DNA of 64,000 nucleotides from a virus (Duplodnaviria; Heunggongvirae; Uroviricota; Caudoviricetes): IMG/VR virus record IMGVR_UViG_3300028797_000009, positions 1 to 64,000 of that record; one strand, 5' to 3'. Shown piece by piece: positions 42,967 to 51,200 of this stretch (position 1 is its first letter; each line of letters starts with the position of its first letter). The notes under the pieces were generated by a model. It saw only the letters and a program-made list of their open reading frames with translations, ran no database searches and was not told where the DNA came from. The position numbers and the translations under genes were made by a program.

Positions 42967-44341
42967 TGTAATCAATAAAATCGAGGAGGTAAAGAAAACT
43001 CTTAATAAGGGTAATCCTTATCACGATAAAATTGGTAGATTTACTTGGAGTCCATTTGGAAAATATAAGGGCAATCCTTATGAGGCTGTTTCGATTTGGG
43101 GAGATGAGTATAAAAAGGCTACTAACGGGTTTGATAAGAAACTCACAGATGAAGAATTTAGTATTGCCGAAGATTATATGAATTCGCCACAAGTCGGTAA
43201 TTCTTGTTATAAAAATGGCAACTATGAAGGCATAAGAATGTATTTCGATAAAGACGGTAATCCTCTGTCTGATTCTGAAATAAAAAAGGCTGATGAGTTG
43301 TATAAAGAGTATATAAAAGACCGTTATGATGAAGAAAAGGAACGTGCTTTTTTCGATAATTATACTGTTGAGCCACAGCAAAAAGTCCCGTCCCCTATCT
43401 ATAACCTGTTAAAAGCGTCCGTGATGGAAAAAGATGACTTCAGAGTTAGCCCGATGGAGTTGAAGGAAAGAGCAGAATCTATTGTCCCTGATGATATTAA
43501 GGCGTTAGTAAAAGAACAGGTAGAAACAAAATGGGGGCATAATCTGGATGAAACAGATTTAGATAGTCTTGGGTTAGATTTAAGTAAAGAGCAAAAAGGT
43601 GCTCTTATTGCTTTGTATAGTCCAGGGAAATTGCGAGCAAGTAGCACTGATGGGAAAGTTCGTAATGTTATTGATTACCCATCGTTTGATAAATCAATAT
43701 ACGAAATTACTAAATATCCTAACAGTACCGTTGAAATTCAAGGCGTTACTGCCCAATTTTTTGAGAAGATGTCAGACGTTGAACTAAAAAAATATGCGAA
43801 ATTGGTTGAAAAAAATGGTTATACAAGTATTCCAGGGATTATCGAAGATGAGTTGAATGGTAGGGCTCTAGACAGGTTGATTGAGAAAAAGGGCATTTCT
43901 TTCAATAAGGATATTGTTGTGACAAGAAGAGTGTCTAGAACTGCTGTTATGGAACAGGAAATAAAGAGGATGGGTTATTATACCCAATCGGGTTTTACGA
44001 GCACCTGTGCCGCCAATAATCTACCAAGAAAATCTCCTGGGGGAATGGAATTTGGCACTAATATTATTAAAATTGTGGTTCCGGCAGGAACGAAGGTTTT
44101 GCCGATTGAGCCGATTGCCAAAAAGAATGGTCAAAGAGAGTTATATTCGCAACATGAGTTCTTATTGCCAAGTAATACAAAGTATTTGGGATATGACCAA
44201 AAGAAAGGCAGTTTTAAGCCTGTCTCGCCGAACGATTTTGAGAAATATTCTTCTACATTAGGTCTTGATAAGGTAAATAAGAATGTAGATACTGTGTATA
44301 GCGTTATAGCGATAACCGACCAATATCAGAGGAGTAGGTAA
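42929..44341 (+). CDS. Putative head-packaged ADP-ribosyltransferase-like effector (C3/Alt-like R-S-E fold)
   Basis: 470 aa. N-terminus INKIEEVKKTLNKGNPYHDKIGRFTWSPFGKYKGNPYE (motif variant). C-terminal domain has VTRRVSRTAV (Arg), GFTSTCA (STS-like) and ELYSQHEFLLPSN (QxE ARTT loop; C3 has Q-x-E-hLLP). Confidence 0.5.
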   Translation: MLRNTPMNLRLSSVINKIEEVKKTLNKGNPYHDKIGRFTWSPFGKYKGNPYEAVSIWGDEYKKATNGFDKKLTDEEFSIAEDYMNSPQVGNSCYKNGNYEGIRMYFDKDGNPLSDSEIKKADELYKEYIKDRYDEEKERAFFDNYTVEPQQKVPSPIYNLLKASVMEKDDFRVSPMELKERAESIVPDDIKALVKEQVETKWGHNLDETDLDSLGLDLSKEQKGALIALYSPGKLRASSTDGKVRNVIDYPSFDKSIYEITKYPNSTVEIQGVTAQFFEKMSDVELKKYAKLVEKNGYTSIPGIIEDELNGRALDRLIEKKGISFNKDIVVTRRVSRTAVMEQEIKRMGYYTQSGFTSTCAANNLPRKSPGGMEFGTNIIKIVVPAGTKVLPIEPIAKKNGQRELYSQHEFLLPSNTKYLGYDQKKGSFKPVSPNDFEKYSSTLGLDKVNKNVDTVYSVIAITDQYQRSR

Positions 44342-44502
44342 TGGATAAAAAGAAACTAAAAAGACAATATCTTAAAGAGAAGATGAAGTTCAATCTTGCT
44401 AAAGCGAATGATGAGATGGTCGGGAATTTTATGTCTTTTGAGGACTATGTTCAGGCGTGTGGTTACTATTATGTAGAGGGTGAAGATGAAGAAAAATCTT
44501 AA
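44341..44502 (+). CDS. small hypothetical protein
   Basis: 53 aa (below cutoff): MDKKKLKRQYLKEKMKFNLAKANDEMVGNFMSFEDYVQACGYYYVEGEDEEKS; ATGG overlap with the upstream stop. Confidence 0.3.
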   Translation: MDKKKLKRQYLKEKMKFNLAKANDEMVGNFMSFEDYVQACGYYYVEGEDEEKS

Positions 44503-46723
44503 TGAAGCAATTGAAAAAATCTCGTATCTGGAAGCAGTATTTAATGGTGGTCCAGGTAGCGGTAATTTTGCCCACGCTGGTAGGAAGGGTTTAGTAGGTG
44601 GTTCTACTAAAAAAGGAGAAAGCGTTTCGGAACCTACGGATTTGAAGGTGGTTATCGCTGGGAAGGAGATGTCTTCTAGTGAGGCAAAAGAGTATCTTGA
44701 AAATAATAAAGATTTAGAGGTTTTAGATAGGATTAATAGTAAATTAGGGGATTTGAAAGAGTTAGAAAAATCTGTACTTCTAGATAAAGGCTGGGTTCCC
44801 GTTGAAGAAGATGGTAAGATTTGTGGCGAGTTTAATGATAAGATAAACCGTCATAAATTTGCACTTGGGAAAGACGATGAGCGTGTGATGAATAATGGTA
44901 AACGCTATCTAGAAGATAATAACGATGAATATTATGTTTCTAAGCCAAGCGACATTGATGGAGTGGCAATTTATACGACCACGGATAATGAATCTGCTCT
45001 TGACTATGCTGATGGGGATGAATCGAGAATTTGTAAATTGATTGTTGATAAATCGAATTTTATTTCGCAGGAGAAATTAAATGAGATTAGAAAACGATTA
45101 AGGAGCAAAGCAGATAATAATAAATTGAAGTATGCTCTTAGAAAGGTTGAGGGGAAGCGCCCTTATTGCCCTGTAAAAGATACTATTCTAGCAGGTATGT
45201 ATGGATATGATGGGATTATTCGATTGGACGCAAATGAATATATCGTAATAAATCCAGAAAGGTTGTCTTTGGATAAAACAAATTTGTCGAAGAGAGCAAA
45301 CGAACTTATATTAAAAATTAACGGGCTTGGTTGCTATAATAAAAACAAGGAAATAAAAAAGATGAAACTGACTAGAGAACAATATAACTTCGTAAAACAA
45401 AAACTTGAAGAACTAGAAAAAGAGATTAATGGCGGTAAGGGTTCGGGGAACTTTGGGCACTCTGGGCGACCTGGTTATGTAGGAGGAAGTGGAAAAGGTG
45501 GTTTATCGTCTGGCAAAAAAGATGGTGGTTCGTCTGAAAGTGAAATTATGCGTAAAACTGCCAAAGATGTGGAAGAAGCCGCTGCTTCTAATCGAGCCGT
45601 AGAGAAGGAAGCCTCTAAATTAGGTATGACTGCCGGTGAAACTGCTGATGGTCGTAAATATATCAATAAGGATAGTAGAGTTGGTGTTCCTGGCGATATG
45701 GACCCTTCGGATATTAAGACCGTTCCTAAACTTGCCCAAAATTCAGAACAGGCGAAGATTGAAAATGAGTTCGCTAAGAATTGGGAAGATGAGGGTAGGC
45801 GAGAAGAGGCTCTTAAAAAGATTTCAGAAATGGAGCCATTTAAGTCTGGGACTGTCGAAACTGATGCGATTAAGCAACTAGACCCGAATTGGGGAGATGA
45901 TGGGAGATTGAAAGAACTCCAAAAGAAAAAAGAAGCAGGTGATATTTCTGATTCTGAAAACAATGAGTTAAATGGCTATTTGACTTATAGACAGGAGAAT
46001 AATACTCTTCTTCATCAGACTGCGAATGTTCTCGCAAAGGAGATGTTAAAACGTAAGTTAATGGCTAATCCAGATGCCGTTTTGTTAGTTACAAGCGGAG
46101 GTTGTGCGAGTGGAAAAGGTTTCTTCTTGGAAAACACAGATGCTATTGGTAGGGAAGTAGATAGGCCGTGGGGAAAGCTGAAAATTGAAGATATGACAAA
46201 CGGCTCGGCTAAAAAGTTGATTGATAGCGTACTTGGAAATAAAAATCTTGTTGTATGGGATGCCGCTGGCGACCAAAACTCTTCTGAGTTAAATTGGCTT
46301 GCTAATTTTGGACGAAATATGACCGTTGTCCATACGGTAGGTGATGCTCAGGCAAATGCGGCAAATATTAAGAGTGGTTTGGTAAGTAGGGCGCTTCAAA
46401 AAGGTCGTATGGTGGATACTACGGTATATGCCGAATCATATTCTAAGGGTAATGAAAATACTAGTAAGTTTTATAGGAAAAACAAAAATAATTCCAAGAT
46501 TCAATTCCTTAAAGTAGAGAATCTTGGTGCTGGAAAGCCTGTTACGGTAATGCCATTCACGCAAAGGACTAAATATGATAAATCGAGTTATTCTCCAAGT
46601 GATGCTAAAAATACCGTTAAGGAGAATTTGAGTAATCTTAAACCGTCAGATAAGGTTTCCGAAGAAACAAAAAATAGCATCTATAAAGGGGCAACCTTTA
46701 TTGAAAATATGAAGAAAAAATAA
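44480..46723 (+). CDS. Putative head-packaged effector with two copies of the Gly-rich motif and a C-terminal P-loop (kinase/zeta-toxin-like?) domain
   Basis: 747 aa. Motif copy 1 (aa 14-50): AIEKISYLEAVFNGGPGSGNFAHAGRKGLVGGS. Copy 2 (aa ~300-340): KLEELEKEINGGKGSGNFGHSGRPGYVGGSGKGG. C-terminal LLVTSGGCASGKGFFLE is Walker-A-like, followed by VVWDAAGD (Walker-B-like). Confidence 0.5.
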   Translation: MKMKKNLNEAIEKISYLEAVFNGGPGSGNFAHAGRKGLVGGSTKKGESVSEPTDLKVVIAGKEMSSSEAKEYLENNKDLEVLDRINSKLGDLKELEKSVLLDKGWVPVEEDGKICGEFNDKINRHKFALGKDDERVMNNGKRYLEDNNDEYYVSKPSDIDGVAIYTTTDNESALDYADGDESRICKLIVDKSNFISQEKLNEIRKRLRSKADNNKLKYALRKVEGKRPYCPVKDTILAGMYGYDGIIRLDANEYIVINPERLSLDKTNLSKRANELILKINGLGCYNKNKEIKKMKLTREQYNFVKQKLEELEKEINGGKGSGNFGHSGRPGYVGGSGKGGLSSGKKDGGSSESEIMRKTAKDVEEAAASNRAVEKEASKLGMTAGETADGRKYINKDSRVGVPGDMDPSDIKTVPKLAQNSEQAKIENEFAKNWEDEGRREEALKKISEMEPFKSGTVETDAIKQLDPNWGDDGRLKELQKKKEAGDISDSENNELNGYLTYRQENNTLLHQTANVLAKEMLKRKLMANPDAVLLVTSGGCASGKGFFLENTDAIGREVDRPWGKLKIEDMTNGSAKKLIDSVLGNKNLVVWDAAGDQNSSELNWLANFGRNMTVVHTVGDAQANAANIKSGLVSRALQKGRMVDTTVYAESYSKGNENTSKFYRKNKNNSKIQFLKVENLGAGKPVTVMPFTQRTKYDKSSYSPSDAKNTVKENLSNLKPSDKVSEETKNSIYKGATFIENMKKK

Positions 46724-46738
46724 TATAATAGGAATTGT

Positions 46739-46921
46739 ATGATTACGGATGTAATTTTAGATAAACTACCAGAGGGGCGTTATAAGGATTATTTTGAAGC
46801 CCATAAAGAAGAGTATATTGATTGGGATTATGACCACGAAGATTATCCTCTCTGGATGTTTTTCCCTGCTGAGTTGAATGATATAGACGACGAACAGAGT
46901 AGAATCGTAAAAGAGTTGTAG
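46739..46921 (+). CDS. hypothetical protein
   Basis: 60-aa ORF. Confidence 0.35.
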   Translation: MITDVILDKLPEGRYKDYFEAHKEEYIDWDYDHEDYPLWMFFPAELNDIDDEQSRIVKEL

Positions 46922-46922
46922 T

Positions 46923-47183
46923 CTATTTTGTCCAATCCCAGAATGCTTTTTCGAGTTTTGGATATTTGGTTAAAATATGTGCAAAACGAGTTTTTTCGTC
47001 TATCTTTTCATCTGAAAATAAGTATTCTAGGATGAAGTCTTTATTTTCTGGTTCAAATTTTGAAAAATATGGTAAATATTGTTTGGCTGTGTTAAACCTT
47101 TCAATGATTACTTTATTTGTGGCTTTGTAGGTCATTTTTATTCCTCCTTTTCGTTCTTTTCCAATATCTCCTCGATTTTCCAC
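46923..47183 (-). CDS. hypothetical protein (antisense island gene 3)
   Basis: 86-aa ORF. Confidence 0.45.
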   Translation of the reverse strand: MENRGDIGKERKGGIKMTYKATNKVIIERFNTAKQYLPYFSKFEPENKDFILEYLFSDEKIDEKTRFAHILTKYPKLEKAFWDWTK

Positions 47184-47410
47184 ACTAATGTGTTCTGGGT
47201 GATGTGTTGGATGTGTTTTGCAATAATTTTTGCTTTTTCTTCTTTTGGTAATGTGAAATATTTATCTTCTTCTATGCTATCCATACTTGCGATTGCTCTG
47301 CCGTATTCGTAGTCATCTACAAGAAGTCCGAGCATCTTTTCGTCAAATAGGTTGTCTTTTACTTGATTGATTGTTAATACGATTTCCATAATTTTCCTTT
47401 CTTTAATCAA
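47138..47410 (-). CDS. hypothetical protein (antisense island gene 2)
   Basis: 90-aa ORF. Confidence 0.45.
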   Translation of the reverse strand: MIKERKIMEIVLTINQVKDNLFDEKMLGLLVDDYEYGRAIASMDSIEEDKYFTLPKEEKAKIIAKHIQHITQNTLVWKIEEILEKNEKEE

Positions 47411-47597
47411 ACATATGGTAGTAGAATTCGTCCCACTCTGACATAAACTTTTCTTTTTCTGTTGGGTGGAGATTATCGTCTGCCCAATTACTTGCGAGTT
47501 GACGGGCTCTACCTTGGTTGATTTTACCGTCTATGTTGTCCAACCTGACCGATTCGTTGTAAAGTGCTACGAATGTGTTGAAATATTTGCTTTTCAT
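47403..47597 (-). CDS. hypothetical protein (antisense island gene 1)
   Basis: 64-aa ORF with the family RBS aaagaaaggagaaaaaccaATG on the minus strand. Confidence 0.5.
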   Translation of the reverse strand: MKSKYFNTFVALYNESVRLDNIDGKINQGRARQLASNWADDNLHPTEKEKFMSEWDEFYYHMFD

Positions 47598-47657
47598 TGG
47601 TTTTTCTCCTTTCTTTTATCTTTTCTAGGAGGTGGGTTCCATCCCCCCTCCCATTAT

Positions 47658-47678
47658 TATTATATATGAAAAGTCAAA
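47658..47678 (-). promoter_or_regulatory. conserved-family promoter plus leader (minus strand)
   Basis: Reverse complement: TTGACTTTTCATATATAATaataatgGGAGGGGGGatgg...AGATAAAAGAAAGGAGAAAAaccaATG, nearly identical to the cassette at 20569. Confidence 0.5.
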
Positions 47679-47805
47679 AAAAATCAATACTTTTTCGTAA
47701 TTTTCTTGGGATTTTTGGGTGATTTTGGGTATTTTTTGGCTAAAAATGGGGTTTTCTGCTCTGATATAATTAAAGGTAGTAAAACTTCGAAGGAAAATAA
47801 TATAA

Positions 47806-48267
47806 ATGGGTAAAATTAATGTTGTCACCCTTGATGGCCATCCTCGTGGCGATTCTGGTGTTCTGCGTTGGTCTTGGGTAAAAAAAGAGGCCAATAATAC
47901 CACTACGCCGCTTTCTTTGGTAGGGTATAAGGTTTCATTAACTGTAAAGGCAAACCAATATGATACTGATGCAGATGATGATACTGCCGCCGCTGGCTAT
48001 AATGACACTTTATGGCGAGTGGATATTGATTGCGATAACTCAACTGATATGCACGGGATTAATCCAGCATTAGGGAAGGTTCTTTTCCCTATGCCAAAAC
48101 AGGCAACTTGGTTGAATCCTGGCACTTATTGGATAGATATTGTGGTTGAAAATAAATCGTCTTATAGGACGACTACTGTGTTTATGGGGAAGATTGAAAT
48201 TCAAGGTCATCCAACCAACAGACGCACAACTGACCACGTTGATAGTTTCACTGATATTACGGAGTAG
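47806..48267 (+). CDS. putative structural (tail/baseplate) protein
   Basis: 153 aa, beta-rich, first gene of the fibre region; divergent promoter tgctctgatataat upstream. Confidence 0.4.
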   Translation: MGKINVVTLDGHPRGDSGVLRWSWVKKEANNTTTPLSLVGYKVSLTVKANQYDTDADDDTAAAGYNDTLWRVDIDCDNSTDMHGINPALGKVLFPMPKQATWLNPGTYWIDIVVENKSSYRTTTVFMGKIEIQGHPTNRRTTDHVDSFTDITE

Positions 48268-48272
48268 ATATT

Positions 48273-51200
48273 GTGGATTGGCCTCAAATTCTAACCACGA
48301 TTACTGAGGGAAATGCTATTAGCACCGTAGTCGATGCTCCTTGGGTTTCTGTTACTTCCGTTAATGGTATGACGGGAGATGTGGTTGTCGAACCTGTCGT
48401 AAAAGAGTTCCAAGCAAACCATTATTATCCGAAAGATACGGTTATCACTTATAATGGGGAGTTGTATTCTGCTAGGGCGAATTTCACCTCTGGTAATAGT
48501 TTTAATGTGGCGAATTGGAAACTGTTGAGTGATGACCAAGATTTTGCTGTTCAAGAAGGTTCTACCCAGCCTGTTTTTGAAAATATGGTTCCTATTCAGA
48601 GTTTTGAATGGGATATTTCTGATACTACTTACAGAGCGTTATATCAGATGGACAACACTGGTTGGACGCAAACGAATATGGAAGTCGTGGTTGCGTATAG
48701 AATTACGGTAACTGGTTCTGGAATTGACCAAGTTTGCGATGTGATTGATAGATGGTTTAGTCCAACGACTAGGCCGGTTACAAGTATTTTGGCAAAGACC
48801 TTATCTCAAAGTGCTTCAACTACGGGTTTTAGATATTTGAGGGCTGTGTACCCGACTAATTCATATGTGAATAATATAAATTATCCAATCGGTCAGGAAA
48901 TTCAGCCATATAACGCCACAGCTCGTCATATAAGGGTTGATGTGTATAAAACTGATACTGGTGTCGTCTGGAATACTACAAAGCCTTCTGCGTCGATTTA
49001 TAAAGGTTCTAGCACATATCAATCGGCTAGTGTGATTGAAGTTTATGCTTCGAGGGGGTGGGTATTTAGAGGATGTGCAAATGTTGCCGTGAACTCGGCT
49101 GATACTTCTGGATGTATTACGGATTATGAAAGGGCTATGGTTGGCTCCTCGGTAGTCCTTGCTGGCGAAGCATTGACTGCTGGGTATTTTGCGTATTTAG
49201 CCGATGACGGCAAAGTATATATGATGAATAACACCACGAAGAATATTTCGGTTGGCGAATCAAAGATTGGCTGGATTAGTAATGGTGTGAATTCGGGTGC
49301 CGCTATATCCAATAGTTATTGGAGGACGATTTCTAGGCCAAACTCAACTCAATACGGGTATTTCAGTCACGATACGATGGCTCTTGGTGATAGGGTTTAT
49401 TTAAGATGTACTAGGGACGCTAATGGAAAAATTCATTCAGATAATTATCTAGCGAGTGGAATGAGTGCTGGCTATACTTGGATGCCATTAGGTGTTATGA
49501 CGGCTTCCAATACCTTTTATGCCGATACTCGTAACCCAATGTTCTATACAATTAATTCGAGTGGAAAACTGACGCATATTAATGGGGAAGAGATTGTTGA
49601 CTCGACTTATACGGTCAACAATGCTACTTTAACGATTCAAAAGAACGGTACAACTGTCCAGACTTTCACTGCTAACGCTTCGAGTAATAAGACGGCAAAT
49701 ATCACAATGGATAAAACGGATGTTGGTCTTGGGAATGTTGATAATACTAGTGATGCTAATAAACCAATTTCTACTGCCACTCAGACGGCTTTGAATAATA
49801 AATTGTCGTTGACAGGTGGCACAATGACTGGTGCTACTTATGGGTATTATCCAGCAACGGCCAGCACAATGGTTGGCAACGAGTATAATGTCTTGCTTAA
49901 TGGTGGAGATAGATACACTTTTACGCAAAGTGGGACGGGGACTTTAAGCGATGGTCAAGTGAAGGCTCTGTTTGATGGTAGACTTGCCCCACAATATTCG
50001 AGTGATGGTGTTAACCCAAATGACCCGTATGTTTTATTGATTGAAGGGTTGCCTGATATTCATACACAAACCGGTGGTGTGTTTGGATGGACTTGTAGAT
50101 ACTGGGTCCCGACAAGTTTCAAGGTAGAACTTTATGATAACTATCAATCTCGTGGTTGGGTGACAATTGTAGAAAAAACCAATACTGCCACTAAAGAGTT
50201 ATTCGTAGATTTATGGAGGACTACGGGTGGTGGTTCTTATACGAAAGCAAGGATAACCATCTATGATAGTAATGGTTCAGTTGGAGCAAACGGATATAGA
50301 AGATGGGGTATTAGTGAGATATTTTTCTGTCATCCAGAGGCCATTAGTGCATATGAGTATGCTAGCGTTGATAAGGCGAATAGTGCAACGAAGGCCACTC
50401 AGGATGCGAATGGTGATGTTATAACCACTACATATGCTAAAAAGACAGAAATCCCAACTGTGAATAATGCGACATTGACAATCCAAAAGAATGGCACTAC
50501 GGTTAAAACCTTTACTGCCAATGCTTCTTCGAATGTTACGGCAAATATTACTGTCCCAACTAAAACTAGTGATTTGACAAATGATAGTAATTTTCCTGTT
50601 GATGCGTCTTATGTTCATACGGATAATAATTTTACGACTACTCTGAAAAATAAGCTTGATGGTATTGCTACTGGCGCTGAAGTAAATCAGAATGCTTTTA
50701 GTAATGTTAAGGTGGGCTCTACTACGGTTGCCGCTGATAGTAAAACTGACACGCTTGAATTAGTGGCAGGTTCTAATGTCACACTTACCCCTGATGCTAC
50801 GAATGATAAAGTGACGATTGCCGCTAGTGTCCCTACGGTGAATAATGCTACACTTACGATTCAGAAAAATGGTAGTACCGTAAATACGTTTACTGCGAAT
50901 GCTTCGTCTAATGTAACGGCAAATATTACTGTGCCTACAAAAACAAGCGATATTACGAATGATAGTAATTTTATAACTGATTCTAATGCTCAAATTATGG
51001 CATCTGGACAAGGAACTGTTGCTCCTTGTTTTGATGGGATGACACCGATAAAGACTTTCACTTGGAGCGTGTCTGATACTACCTATCGTCCTGTCTATCA
51101 GATGGATAATACTGGTTGGGCATATGACAATATGGATATTGATGTCGCATATAGGATTACTGTTACGGGAACGGGGATTAATCAGATTTGCGATATACAT

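Noticed and set aside
49124-51200. Several minus-strand ORFs (49124-49312, 49629-49928, 50277-50618, 50760-51200) and plus-strand ORFs (51343-51588, 57961-58173, 60703-60966, 61198-61410)
   Set aside because: All are embedded in the large tail-fibre genes in alternative frames, have low-complexity translations and lack RBSs. They are frame artefacts of long coding regions.
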